The notes: a model not told the origin generated them from the sequence alone. DNA of 64,000 nt from an uncultured Nitrospinaceae bacterium (GCA_964005815.1 CAXFSR010000063.1:35560-99559), one strand, 5' to 3'. Numbered from the stretch's first letter, positions 9,647 through 20,242 are shown. Numbers and translations are program-made.

Positions 9647-10717
9647 CTAAGGTGTCAGCATTACTCTCATGACACGGTCTTCCCTTGCCTGGAACATTCT
9701 CATTGCTTCCTCAAATTCAGAGAGAGGAAAACTATGTGTAAGCATTTTATCAGTTTGAATGTGCCCGTCTGCAATAATCTGTATGGCACGAGGATAACAG
9801 TTTGGAGAACCTCTTCCTCCAAACACAGAAATTTCATCTAGCACAATACGGTCTGTATTGAAAGAAACCTCTTCTCCACCATTAATTCCTTCTAAGACTA
9901 CACGTCCACCCCTTCGGACCATATCCACTGCTTCCCTCATCGTACTTACTGGACCAGCACACTCAACGCTTAGGTCTACTCCTTTTCCATTCGTATGCTC
10001 CATTACTACTTCTACTGGATTCTCTTTCGTAATATCAATCACGACATCCGCGCCAAGTTCTTTTGCAATTTCGAGTCTATACCCTCTTCCAGTTACGTAT
10101 GTTTTGGATGCACCTAAATATTTTACAAGCTGCAAAACTGAAAGCCCCAAAAGACCAGGTCCAAGAATCGCAACCTCATCAGCAGGGTAAATTTTTCCTC
10201 TATCCAGAGCATGCAGCGCAATCACTACCTGATTCACAATCACCGCATCTTCCCAGGTCATTTTTTTAGGCATTTTATGTAAATTATTTGGAGGAGCTAA
10301 TCCATACTCACTGAATGCTCCATTTGCAGTATGTCCAAGAAGTTTGTACCCACCGTCTTTTTTTGATGCATTCTCGCAAAGATGATACTCACCCGCTATA
10401 CACATCGCACACGAGGAACAACCAACTGTAGGCTCCATAATCACCCTGTCCCCAATCTCCAAATCGGTCCGCACATCCTTTCCAATACCAGCAATTGTAC
10501 CGCACCATTCGTGCCCCTGTATAAAGGGATAATAAGGGGGCCACATAGGCCGCATATGCCCTCCTAAAATATGCGTATCGGTACCGCAGATTCCGCACGC
10601 AGCCACTTTCACAAGAACATTGCTGGGTTCAAAATCAGGAACTGGCACTTCTTTGTACTCAAAATCGTTTGGGCCATTTGTCACAATCGCATGCATAATT
10701 TTTGGTACATCATTCAT
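9647..10717 (-). CDS. Zn-dependent medium-chain alcohol dehydrogenase
   Basis: CGICGTD, GHEWCG, CxxCxxC...C structural Zn site, GPGLLG. Confidence 0.92.
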   Translation of the reverse strand: MNDVPKIMHAIVTNGPNDFEYKEVPVPDFEPSNVLVKVAACGICGTDTHILGGHMRPMWPPYYPFIQGHEWCGTIAGIGKDVRTDLEIGDRVIMEPTVGCSSCAMCIAGEYHLCENASKKDGGYKLLGHTANGAFSEYGLAPPNNLHKMPKKMTWEDAVIVNQVVIALHALDRGKIYPADEVAILGPGLLGLSVLQLVKYLGASKTYVTGRGYRLEIAKELGADVVIDITKENPVEVVMEHTNGKGVDLSVECAGPVSTMREAVDMVRRGGRVVLEGINGGEEVSFNTDRIVLDEISVFGGRGSPNCYPRAIQIIADGHIQTDKMLTHSFPLSEFEEAMRMFQAREDRVMRVMLTP

Positions 10718-10777
10718 GACATTACTCCACGAAAGGATTAGGGATAGAAACAGGATAGCAGAATTTTAACCCGTTTC

Positions 10778-11419
10778 TCAAGGTGACTGTTGCCCCGCTT
10801 TCCTGTCTGGTCTTTGCATTGCAAAAATATCCTGTGTGCGGCAATAGTCATTACCAGCAAGTCTTCCAACAGGTTCTAATTTGACAGGATCTATATATTT
10901 GCCTTCTTCCATAGCGACGTCTTTTCGAATATGCCAGCAAAGCACTTCTCCAATCACTAGATTCACTTTATGACCAACTCCATTGGTAATCATATGTCGG
11001 AATTCACATTCCATAGCCACAGGAATATTCTCTACCCTAGGAGCTGGAACATTATCGGAAGGAACAGCATTCAAACCCGCCTCCTTAAACTCATCAATAT
11101 TTGACGGAAAATTATCTGCTGAAATATTCATTTGGTCTTCAAACCCATTTGACACAACGTGAATCACATACCCTTTGCTTTCAAGAATATTGTTAGTTGT
11201 ATCTTTTAATAAATCTGTACTTTTTCCTACAGAAATCGAAACAAGTGGAGGATCCTGCCCTACACATGTGAAGAAGGAAAAGGGAGCTAAATTCGCTACC
11301 CCGTCACTACTGATAGTACTTACCCACGCTATGGGTCTTGGCACGATAGTTCCTACCATCAATCTGTAATTTTGTCTAAAATCATTATCAGCGGCATTGA
11401 TCTTATAATATTCATTCAT
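10778..11419 (-). CDS. Flavin reductase-like (split-barrel FMN-binding) protein
   Basis: VPRPIAWVST..NLAPFSFF..KDTxxNI..GRLAG. Confidence 0.9.
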   Translation of the reverse strand: MNEYYKINAADNDFRQNYRLMVGTIVPRPIAWVSTISSDGVANLAPFSFFTCVGQDPPLVSISVGKSTDLLKDTTNNILESKGYVIHVVSNGFEDQMNISADNFPSNIDEFKEAGLNAVPSDNVPAPRVENIPVAMECEFRHMITNGVGHKVNLVIGEVLCWHIRKDVAMEEGKYIDPVKLEPVGRLAGNDYCRTQDIFAMQRPDRKAGQQSP

Positions 11420-11450
11420 ACCATCTTTCCCCCATTAAAAATAAATATTT

Positions 11451-13592
11451 TTAATTTTTATCGTCAAAAAATTCATAAACAAACCCATCTGGATCATCCG
11501 GATCTGCAGGTCTGGTCCAATTGTCACTTTCATAATCTGTATTTGCGAAACTGTTATCCGATGAACTCTCATCAAGTAGAGTCCATCTCTCATATAAAGA
11601 ATCAGGCAATTCTTTCACAAAACGCGAAAGCCTGGAAAATCCACTTTGCTTGTACATATTCGTTTCAAGCATAGGTTGACATAAGAACAAGTGGTCCTTT
11701 GCTCTTGTAACAGATACATAGAAAAGTCTTCTCTCCTCTTCTTCCCCGGCTTCTGTACCAAGCGATCTTGCTGAAGGAAAACGAGAATCTGTGAGCCACA
11801 AAACAAACACTGCTTTCCACTCTAACCCTTTTGATTGATGAATCGTACTTAGGATAACAGACTCTCCCTCGTCAAACTTATTTTCTTGTTCTGTATTTTC
11901 TATTCCAAATGTACCCATGAGTGCGAGTTCTGCGAGAAAGTCTTCCACACTATTATAATTTAATGCAAATTCAGAGAGTTGGTTGATATCATCGATTCGA
12001 GAATCAGCATTATCAAAAGTCAGTTCAATATAATTTCTGTAAAACTTTGACAAAACCACGCTAATCATTTCAGAAGGAGAACCCACATTATCACTCTTTC
12101 CTTTAGACACATTACATTGAGACTGGAGCAATGCAGTCAATTCGACAAAATGTTTCCAGGAATCTTTTGCACGTTTAGGAATAGTCATATTCTCTTGCAC
12201 AAAATCCAATTGCAGTGGATTATCAGAATTACGAACCAAATCCCATATTTTTGTCGCTGTTGTATTTCCAATACCTGAAAGTAAATTCAAAGCACGTTTC
12301 CAAGCAAGTTCATCTGTTGGACAATTCACAAAACGCAAAAATGAAATCACGTCTTTAACATGCCTACTCTCATTAAATCGAAGACCGCTTCGTATCTCAA
12401 AGGGTATAGAACGCCTAGTAAGTTCCATTTGCAATTCAATAGAGTGATAATGTGCACGATACAAAATCGCTATATCAGACAAAGAAATTCCTTCATCCTT
12501 AAGTTCTAATATTTTTTGTGCCACAAATTCACTCTGTTGCAAGACATCCTGACACAACGCTAACACCGGGAGTTCACCTTCTTTTTTAATGCTACGAAGT
12601 TCTTTTGGATACTGTTTAGTATTATTTGTAATAGATGCATTTGCTAATTCTAAAATAGGATTCGTACTACGATAATTTTCTTCCAATTTAAAAACTTTAG
12701 TTCCAGGATACCTTTCAGGAAAGGTAACAATATTTTCAAAATAAGCACCACGAAAACTATAAATGCTTTGCGCATCGTCACCTACAACAGTTAAATTTTT
12801 CCATTTACCAGACAGAAGATCTATAATTCTCGCCTGAATCTTATTGGTATCTTGATATTCGTCTACCAGGACGTACTTAAATCGATTCTGAAAAACTTCC
12901 AGAACTTCCTCATTTTCCTCTAAGAGTAAACTTGTGTTAGAAAGAAGATCAGAGAAATCCATAATATTCAACTCTTTTTTTCTTCTCTTAAATAATTCCT
13001 GTATATTCTTTATAACTGATATATTTTCAATAAGATATGGATAATCTCTACAAATCAGATTAGCTATTTCCATTTCAGTATCCGCTGAAAACGATAGGAT
13101 AGATTCGATGACATTCGGCTTAGGAAAATTCTTGTCTTTAGGATTTACTTTTGCCTGAACTATACAATCTTTAATCAAATCAGTAGAATCTTCTCGATCC
13201 ATAATAGAAAAATTCCTATCAAATCCTATAAGATGCGCATACTGCCTAAGAATGAGATTTCCTATATGATGAAACGTACCACCGAAAACACTACGTAAAT
13301 CACCCTTAATCAAACTAGAAGAACGTAAAAGCATTTCTTTTGCAGCTTTATTCGTAAAAGTAGCAAGAAGTATTGCACTTGGCGGAACGCCCTCATCAAC
13401 AAGCCTTGCGAGACGATAAACGATTGTATGAGTCTTCCCGCTTCCAGCACCTGCAATTACCAAAAGTGGACCTTCCCCTGCCATGACAACTTCATATTGC
13501 TGAGGATTTAAAACTGAAGAATAATCCAGAGAGGATTTTTTGGAAGTCACATCTCTTTTTACAACATAAGTTTTGTTTTTCTTCTCACTCAT
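11451..13592 (-). CDS. UvrD/PcrA-family SF1 ATP-dependent DNA helicase
   Basis: AGAGSGKT, TFTNKAA, VDEYQD, GDDAQSIYSFRGA, ENYRS, STIHQSKGLEW, EERRLFYV. ATG 13592 preferred because 13658 overlaps the upstream gene. Confidence 0.93.
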   Translation of the reverse strand: MSEKKNKTYVVKRDVTSKKSSLDYSSVLNPQQYEVVMAGEGPLLVIAGAGSGKTHTIVYRLARLVDEGVPPSAILLATFTNKAAKEMLLRSSSLIKGDLRSVFGGTFHHIGNLILRQYAHLIGFDRNFSIMDREDSTDLIKDCIVQAKVNPKDKNFPKPNVIESILSFSADTEMEIANLICRDYPYLIENISVIKNIQELFKRRKKELNIMDFSDLLSNTSLLLEENEEVLEVFQNRFKYVLVDEYQDTNKIQARIIDLLSGKWKNLTVVGDDAQSIYSFRGAYFENIVTFPERYPGTKVFKLEENYRSTNPILELANASITNNTKQYPKELRSIKKEGELPVLALCQDVLQQSEFVAQKILELKDEGISLSDIAILYRAHYHSIELQMELTRRSIPFEIRSGLRFNESRHVKDVISFLRFVNCPTDELAWKRALNLLSGIGNTTATKIWDLVRNSDNPLQLDFVQENMTIPKRAKDSWKHFVELTALLQSQCNVSKGKSDNVGSPSEMISVVLSKFYRNYIELTFDNADSRIDDINQLSEFALNYNSVEDFLAELALMGTFGIENTEQENKFDEGESVILSTIHQSKGLEWKAVFVLWLTDSRFPSARSLGTEAGEEEERRLFYVSVTRAKDHLFLCQPMLETNMYKQSGFSRLSRFVKELPDSLYERWTLLDESSSDNSFANTDYESDNWTRPADPDDPDGFVYEFFDDKN

Positions 13593-13615
13593 TTTTGTTC
13601 CAATATATTTGGACA

Positions 13616-14254
13616 CTAGGAGAGATGGGACAAATCGTTCATCGTTACCACGCTCCAACCTCGCATCGAATCATGTTCTATTATATTCACAGACGCGTTG
13701 TGTTGCCTGAATTTTCTAAATTCATTTAAGGATACACCTAAAATTTTAGATAGAATACAAATTATCGCAAGATTATGACTTACAATCAAAATCGGCTTTT
13801 CCTCATCAAAAAATTCGTTATATATATTTTCAATTCCTGCCCAAGCTCTTTCTTGAAGTTCATGCAGAGTCTCCCCGCCAGGCATACGTACCTCTCCAGG
13901 CACAATTCTCCACTTAGAAGAAAACTCAGGAAATTGTTCTTGTATTTCTTGAAATTTCAAACCTTCAAGCTTTCCCTGATCTAATTCAGCAAAATTATCT
14001 TTTTTCGTAATGGCACTATGTTGAGACATTGAAATTATCTTTGCAGTTTCTATAGCTCTCTCTAATGGACTAGAGAAAAATTTAAGAAATTGGATTTTTT
14101 GAAGTTTAATTGCGAGGCTCTTTGCTTGATCTCTTCCTTTTTCATTCAACGGAACATCTGAAGCACCTTGTATACGGTTCTCGAAATTCCAAACTGTCTC
14201 ACCATGCCTAACTAAATAAAGGCGCAACACAAACTCCGATTCCTGAATCTTCAA
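13616..14254 (-). CDS. Histidine phosphatase (phosphoglycerate mutase family)
   Basis: LVRHGET, SSPLERAIET, VSHN. Confidence 0.92.
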   Translation of the reverse strand: MKIQESEFVLRLYLVRHGETVWNFENRIQGASDVPLNEKGRDQAKSLAIKLQKIQFLKFFSSPLERAIETAKIISMSQHSAITKKDNFAELDQGKLEGLKFQEIQEQFPEFSSKWRIVPGEVRMPGGETLHELQERAWAGIENIYNEFFDEEKPILIVSHNLAIICILSKILGVSLNEFRKFRQHNASVNIIEHDSMRGWSVVTMNDLSHLS

Positions 14255-14274
14255 TTATATCTAGGCGGGTATTA

Positions 14275-14835
14275 CTAACTATCTTCTTTCAGAAAATCTC
14301 CAGGCTTCAAATTTTTCAACCAATCTTTAATTTGATCTTTGTCTTCTGCGATTTCATTTCCAGCAGATTCTGGAGATTCAAAATCTTTCACATCATCAGG
14401 AAAACCTTGGCTCTCATCAAGTTTGACAGGCTTATCAAAATCTATACTTTTTGCTTCATCTAAAACTTTCTCATTCACATAAATAGGAGAACTAACTCTA
14501 ATCGCCAAAGCAATTGCATCCGAAGGCCTAGAGTCAATAACAATGTTCGTCCCGTTACTAGAAACATGAATTTGGGCATAAAAAGTATTGTCCTTCAATT
14601 CATTGACTACAATATGATCCACCTGTGAATTCAATTCTGTAATTAAATTTTTCAGCAAATCATGCGTCATAGGACGTGGAGTTTCGAAATTTTCCATCTC
14701 CCTTGCAATCGCATGTGCTTCAAAAAGACCAACCCAAATAGGCAAAACTCTATCCCCGTCACTTTCCTCAAGAATTACAATAGGGACATTAGTCAATGGG
14801 TCTACTGCCAAACCTTTAATATTCATTTCTATCAT
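14275..14835 (-). CDS. Bifunctional nuclease (DUF151) family protein
   Basis: LPIWVGLFEA, RPMTHDL, DSRPSDAIALA. Confidence 0.93.
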   Translation of the reverse strand: MIEMNIKGLAVDPLTNVPIVILEESDGDRVLPIWVGLFEAHAIAREMENFETPRPMTHDLLKNLITELNSQVDHIVVNELKDNTFYAQIHVSSNGTNIVIDSRPSDAIALAIRVSSPIYVNEKVLDEAKSIDFDKPVKLDESQGFPDDVKDFESPESAGNEIAEDKDQIKDWLKNLKPGDFLKEDS

Positions 14836-16262
14836 TTCACCAACTCCATTTCGACTTCATGTTCTGGATAAAAACCCTGAACATTCTGCACTCCGCTTCG
14901 GAGGATCTTTACGTTAACCGTTTGACCTATTTTCAGATTGTTTTCCTTAGAAAGAAAAACTACTCGCTGACTACCTCTATTTCTTCCTACATAAGAAACA
15001 AATTCTTCTTCTGAATTTACTGCTCCCGAACAACAAGAAGCACAATCTAATAAGTTTTTCTTTTTTTCTAGTTTTTTGTCAATCAAAACCTCTTGGACAC
15101 TTCCAAGGAGTTTATCATGATTTTCTTTTGTTATTTCTTTCTGAACGTTGGCTAACTCTTCAAATCTTTCATCGATAACCTTCTCATCAACCAAACAATC
15201 CATTCCGTATGCCGGTGTACCAGGTCTTGGAGAATACTTGAAACTATAAATACCTTCAAAACTTGACTGACGAACTAAGTCTAGAGTTTCTTCAAAATCC
15301 TTGTCAGTCTCCCCAGGGAACCCTACTATTACATCCGAGGTCAAAACCCCTCCTGGAATCTTATCATAAAACAAAGATATTTTTTCTAGGTACTCTTCAG
15401 AGGTGTATCCTCGCTCCATTTTTTCCAAAATATTATTTGAACCAGACTGAAAAGGAAGGTGCAAATGTTCACAAACTTTATCATTTGCTGCCATAGATTC
15501 AATCATTTCCAAATCACAATTCTGAGGATGTGATGTTGTAAACCTGATCCTTTGAAGTCCATCTATTTTATTTATTTTCCCAAGCAATCCACCAAAGCTT
15601 AATTCGCTATTGTCTTTCAACCCATATGAGTTTACATTTTGACCTAACAAAGTCACTTCTACAAACCCTTCTTCAACTGCTTTTTCTACTTCCTCAACTA
15701 TAAGATGGCTAGGCTTGCTCCATTCTGGCCCCCGTGTGTAAGGGACCACACAGAACGTACAGAAATTATCACAACCCCTGGCAATACTAACCCAACAGCT
15801 TTTACCGTTCTCTCTATTCATGGGTTCAAGCGATGTGAAATCCGGAACCATAGCTTCGGTGTCTACTACGGTACCTTCTTCCATTTTTTCGAGAAGTTCA
15901 GGAAGCTTTGCGATATTTTGGGTTCCAAAAATAAGGTCAACAGACTTTGCTCTTTTTGCTATTTCTTCCCCTGCCCTATTTGCAAAACATCCACATACTG
16001 CAATCTTCATATTTGGGTTCTTCTTTTTTAGTTTATTCAACCTACCAATCTGACTGTAAACTTTATCTTCAGCTTTTTCACGAATTGAACAAGTATTTAC
16101 AATAACCAGATCAGAATCTCCTGCTTCCTCAGAAGGTTGATAGCCTTCTTGTTCAAGATATCCCGAAATGGTTTCAGAATCATATTTATTCATTTGACAC
16201 CCATAGGTGTATAATGAAAAACGTTTAGCCAAGTTGCACTCCAATAAAAGGAAAACTACCAA
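14832..16262 (-). CDS. miaB: tRNA-i6A37 methylthiotransferase (true start probably slightly downstream)
   Basis: TYGCQMN, NTCSIREKAE, radical SAM CDNFCTFC, LGQNVNSY, YSPRPGTPA, TRAM domain. Confidence 0.95.
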   Translation of the reverse strand: MVVFLLLECNLAKRFSLYTYGCQMNKYDSETISGYLEQEGYQPSEEAGDSDLVIVNTCSIREKAEDKVYSQIGRLNKLKKKNPNMKIAVCGCFANRAGEEIAKRAKSVDLIFGTQNIAKLPELLEKMEEGTVVDTEAMVPDFTSLEPMNRENGKSCWVSIARGCDNFCTFCVVPYTRGPEWSKPSHLIVEEVEKAVEEGFVEVTLLGQNVNSYGLKDNSELSFGGLLGKINKIDGLQRIRFTTSHPQNCDLEMIESMAANDKVCEHLHLPFQSGSNNILEKMERGYTSEEYLEKISLFYDKIPGGVLTSDVIVGFPGETDKDFEETLDLVRQSSFEGIYSFKYSPRPGTPAYGMDCLVDEKVIDERFEELANVQKEITKENHDKLLGSVQEVLIDKKLEKKKNLLDCASCCSGAVNSEEEFVSYVGRNRGSQRVVFLSKENNLKIGQTVNVKILRSGVQNVQGFYPEHEVEMELVK

Positions 16263-16313
16263 GCAAGTATTGCTAAACCAAAATTACCATGTCAACTTGC
16301 AACAGAACTAAAA

Positions 16314-16913
16314 ATGTACTTTACAAAAAATGAACATGAGAAAGAAAAAGATAAAATGAGTATTTTCACAGTATGTATTTTAGGCAAGAGACAAAGCTAT
16401 GAAAAAAATTCGTTTATTGAATCATCAAAGATTTTCACAAAAGTTTTAAACAAAAACGGTTTTTACACTCAAACAAGAACATTAGGCTGGCCATCTCCTC
16501 ATGGGTTGCTAGACAAAGTTGTCACAAGAGTTAGCGATCAGTTATTTATAGACCTTCAAATACCTAAAAAATACGATATTCTTTTCCTTATTGATCAATA
16601 TGAATCTATCTCAGAAAGAGACATTTCTATTTTTTTAAAAAGAGGCGGATTCTTCATAAGGAATTCTCTTAGAGAATCGATTGTAACTCATGGCAATTTC
16701 ACAAAAATATATTTCAATTTCAACAAACTACAGCACAATAACAATCCACATATTCTTTCATATACAATCCATAAATTGTTTAATTTATTTTTTTCTTCGG
16801 GAAAAAAAGATCATTTATTAGACGACACAAGTTATTCATCAGAAAGAGAATATAAGCTAGAAATCGATTCTTTTTTTGAGAGAGAATTTTTTGATAAAAT
16901 CCAAGAAAAATAA
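16314..16913 (+). CDS. Hypothetical protein, distant resemblance to 2-oxoacid:ferredoxin oxidoreductase gamma subunit
   Basis: 199-aa ORF; pattern GFYTQ...TRVSD...YDILFLID...LKRGGFFIRNS resembles PorG but the GRGGQG loop is absent. Confidence 0.45.
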   Translation: MYFTKNEHEKEKDKMSIFTVCILGKRQSYEKNSFIESSKIFTKVLNKNGFYTQTRTLGWPSPHGLLDKVVTRVSDQLFIDLQIPKKYDILFLIDQYESISERDISIFLKRGGFFIRNSLRESIVTHGNFTKIYFNFNKLQHNNNPHILSYTIHKLFNLFFSSGKKDHLLDDTSYSSEREYKLEIDSFFEREFFDKIQEK

Positions 16914-16962
16914 CTTAAACAATTCCCTTTCTTTTTCCCAATATCACGATATAACTAAGGAT

Positions 16963-16990
16963 ACGTAAAATTTAATTTGCAATTTTACGT
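16963..16990. repeat. Perfect 10-bp inverted repeat ACGTAAAATT-N8-AATTTTACGT upstream of the HU gene
   Basis: Read directly from the sequence. Confidence 0.7.
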
Positions 16991-17102
16991 TCTAATTGCT
17001 AGTATTCCTCTACCCGCCCTGTTTTTTTTATTTCTTTTGTATTCCGCCTAATAATTTTAATCAGTTCAATCGCCCAAGTTTTATCAATTTTTGGAGAAAA
17101 AA

Positions 17103-17375
17103 ATGAATAAAGGCGACTTAGTAGAAGCAATTGCAAGTGAAGCGGACATGAGTAAATCTCAAGCTGGATCTGTAATTGATGCATTTGTCTCATCCGTCAC
17201 TAAAGCTTTAAAAAGTGGTGACAAAGTAACTTTAACTGGTTTTGGAACTTTCAGTGTTTCAAAACGAGCAGCAAGAGATGGAAGAAATCCAAGAACAGGC
17301 GAAACCATCAAGGTAGCTGCTGCAAATGTACCAAAATTTAAAGCTGGCGCAGGACTAAAAGGTTCCGTGAATTAG
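17103..17375 (+). CDS. hup: DNA-binding protein HU
   Basis: [11 protein letters not shown]...[22 protein letters not shown]...PKFKAG; GGAG RBS before ATG 17103. Confidence 0.96.
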   Translation: MNKGDLVEAIASEADMSKSQAGSVIDAFVSSVTKALKSGDKVTLTGFGTFSVSKRAARDGRNPRTGETIKVAAANVPKFKAGAGLKGSVN

Positions 17376-17418
17376 TTTTATTTAGAAGTAGTTAATTAAA
17401 ATTTCAAATTAGATACTA

Positions 17419-18270
17419 TTAAGATTCGCTAATTACAGGATCTCCGTTATCCCATAGATTCTCATGGGCAAGAATAGCTTTTTTTGCATTTTCAGTGAAT
17501 TCTTCGAAGTTTTTTGTTATTTGCGAACAAGATTCTATTAGTTTACTTCCCAGCATTATATTTTCTTCGGAGAATTCAAGACCTAATTTCCTCAAAATTA
17601 TTTTTGCTCTCCCATCTAGAAAAAGTGATTTCAGGTCATGTAAATCTCCATAAAATTTCCTGGGTGCACTTCTTGCTCTAAAAATCTTTTCTGGTTCACA
17701 ATCATATAAAACAGCTAACCCATCACAAAATTCATTTATCTGATCAGTTTCCATAGCATCTCTAGATGCATTAAGTAAATTAGCAACAGATTCATCCTCA
17801 AGATATATTGAATAATCTACAGAAATTTCCGTCAAAATATGAGAAACATAAAACTTTGTAGAGGGATCCAAATCAATATCAAATTTGAAACAAAAATCTT
17901 CCAAAAAAGGAATTAATTCTTTCCCTTTTTGATAAGTGTATCCTTTTTTTTCTTTCGGACTTAACAATTCTAAAGGTTTATTTATTGACCCATAATGACA
18001 GTAATTATCGACTATCAAATGGCATTTCACCCACTTCAACTTTGGATATTTTTCATATGCTCCTTTAGGCAATTGAAATTTATGAGTCTCTTTGGCATTG
18101 AATTCTTCCGATAAAGGCAACGAATCTGGGACAATGTTATATACATAGACATCTGAATCATGTGCTTGCGAAGTTTCCTTCAGCACTTCTCGAAGAATTA
18201 ATGTATGGCAATTTGTCAACAAAACCTGCACTCCCAAAATTATTTCTTCACAATAACTTACAAATTCCAT
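17419..18270 (-). CDS. Hypothetical protein, probable Zn-dependent phospholipase C/P1-nuclease-fold metallohydrolase (likely start TTG 18222)
   Basis: LTNCH...VPD...TH...CHLIVDNYCH...SHILTEISVD His/Asp/Glu pattern. Confidence 0.5.
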   Translation of the reverse strand: MEFVSYCEEIILGVQVLLTNCHTLILREVLKETSQAHDSDVYVYNIVPDSLPLSEEFNAKETHKFQLPKGAYEKYPKLKWVKCHLIVDNYCHYGSINKPLELLSPKEKKGYTYQKGKELIPFLEDFCFKFDIDLDPSTKFYVSHILTEISVDYSIYLEDESVANLLNASRDAMETDQINEFCDGLAVLYDCEPEKIFRARSAPRKFYGDLHDLKSLFLDGRAKIILRKLGLEFSEENIMLGSKLIESCSQITKNFEEFTENAKKAILAHENLWDNGDPVISES

Positions 18271-19081
18271 CTTCGTAAGTTATTCTTTTCTCTTCTTTAA
18301 GTTTTTCTATGATGGACTTAATCATGTTGACACCAAATTTTAATTGGTCTTCTCTTAAATTCCTGTAGATATGCTTTGCCACTTCTTCCAATGTAGAGTC
18401 ATTCTTCAACAATGCTTCGAGAACTTGATTTTCTCTTTTATCGCGATGTGAAAGCAAGTGATTGATTCTCTCTTTTGGATTTTTAATTGGTTTTCCATGA
18501 CCAGGAAAAATTAATTCAGGCCCCATATCCAACACTTTTTCGAGTGACCGAATATATACAGCCAAATTTCCTAATGGCGGAGTAACAGCTGTTGTCGTAT
18601 CCGTCAAAATATTATCTCCTCCTATTAGAATTTTTTCCTCTTCCCACCAAAAAGTAAGATGACCGGGAGAATGTCCAGGTGTAAAGATTGCTTTCAAATT
18701 AATCTCTCCAATATTCACAACAAAATCCTCTTCAATAGGAACAAAGGACAGTTCTAGTTCTCTTTCCTTCATTAAATCAATCTCAATAGGATGTGCATGA
18801 CAGGGAACTGCAAAAGCTTCACAAACAGCCTTAGCATTACCGGAATGATCGTAATGCTGATGGGTTAAAACAAACTTATCAAGAACTCCATTTGTTTCTT
18901 TTCTTATCCAATCGACAACTTCATCTTTTTGTATACTGTAACCTGAGTCAAACAAAACATAAGGACCATTTCCAACTAGAATAATTTCCACATGTTCCAT
19001 ATATGCATCTTCAGGAGCAAAGATTCTCTTTGACTTTATTACATCAGAGAAATTCGACGCCATGTTTTCTATAGTGGTCAT
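18248..19081 (-). CDS. MBL-fold metallohydrolase with C-terminal winged helix (LACTB2-like)
   Basis: THQHYDH, TPGHSPGH, GD, PGHG. Confidence 0.9.
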   Translation of the reverse strand: MTTIENMASNFSDVIKSKRIFAPEDAYMEHVEIILVGNGPYVLFDSGYSIQKDEVVDWIRKETNGVLDKFVLTHQHYDHSGNAKAVCEAFAVPCHAHPIEIDLMKERELELSFVPIEEDFVVNIGEINLKAIFTPGHSPGHLTFWWEEEKILIGGDNILTDTTTAVTPPLGNLAVYIRSLEKVLDMGPELIFPGHGKPIKNPKERINHLLSHRDKRENQVLEALLKNDSTLEEVAKHIYRNLREDQLKFGVNMIKSIIEKLKEEKRITYEDGICKLL

Positions 19082-19246
19082 TTAAAATCCTTATTCAATC
19101 AGTAAAACCGTATCTTATATAAGAGGAAAGAAACGATAGCAAACAAGATAGAAATAATTAACAAAAATAAAATTCATATGTGATATTTTCGTTTTGTAGA
19201 GAAGTCTTATATATTAGCTTCAAAAGATAATCAGGAGTCTTCTTAC

Positions 19247-20242
19247 ATGAATGAAAATAGAGTTCGCATAGGATCAATTGGTTTAGGAAGATGGGCACAC
19301 ACTCTTGCGAGAGCAGCTCAAAAAACGGGAAATATTGATTTGACCTTATGTTTTGACCCTGAACAAGAGGTTGCAGAACAATTTTCAAATGAATTTGAAT
19401 GTACCGTTTCTTCTTCTCTAGAAGATATCTTAAATAGCGACAAGATAGATGGCGTAATCATTGCAACCCCACATTCAACACATACAAAATTAGTTTGCGA
19501 AGCAGCTTCATTCAAAAAAGATATTTTTATTGAAAAACCATTCACATTGAATGTAAAAGATGCACATAAATGCATTGCCGCTGCAAAAGAAAACAATACT
19601 CTAATTCAAGTAGGACATAAAAGAAGATGGATCAATGCGAATAAAAAATTAAAAGAACTGGTGGTTACAGGAGAACTTGGAGAGGTACATCATCTTGAAG
19701 CGAATTACTCAAAGCCCATTATGCAAAAACCTAAAGATAACTGGAGAAACAATCCTCTAGAATCACCTGCAGGCGGGATGACTGCCCTAGGTATTCACAT
19801 GGTTGACCTGCTTTATTATTTAGCAGGTACCGCGAAACGTCTGTCTGCATTCAGTAAAAAATTACACGGAAAATCCAATCTAGATGATGTGACTTCTATT
19901 CTTTTTGAATTTGAAAATGGACAAACTGGGTATGTAGCAACATCCGTCGTTGTCCCATTCAACCTTAGCGCTGCAGTATATGGCACAAAAGCAAATGCAT
20001 GGTCTTACGATGACGGAAAAAAAATGTACTTTCAGACAAAAGACGAATCATCAAGAAAAGAAATTGCAATCGAAACGAACGACTGTGTTATGGAAGAACT
20101 CAAACATTTCGCTGAATGTATCATTAGCAGGAAAACCCCTCTTGTAAGTGGCCATGAAGGTTTGGAGATAATCGCTACACTGGAAGCTGTCTTAGAAAGT
20201 TCAAATATGGGAAAGGTAGTTGAACTTAATCAATTCCGATAA
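19247..20242 (+). CDS. Gfo/Idh/MocA family oxidoreductase
   Basis: GLGRWA, IATPHSTH, IEKP, GIHMVD. Confidence 0.92.
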   Translation: MNENRVRIGSIGLGRWAHTLARAAQKTGNIDLTLCFDPEQEVAEQFSNEFECTVSSSLEDILNSDKIDGVIIATPHSTHTKLVCEAASFKKDIFIEKPFTLNVKDAHKCIAAAKENNTLIQVGHKRRWINANKKLKELVVTGELGEVHHLEANYSKPIMQKPKDNWRNNPLESPAGGMTALGIHMVDLLYYLAGTAKRLSAFSKKLHGKSNLDDVTSILFEFENGQTGYVATSVVVPFNLSAAVYGTKANAWSYDDGKKMYFQTKDESSRKEIAIETNDCVMEELKHFAECIISRKTPLVSGHEGLEIIATLEAVLESSNMGKVVELNQFR

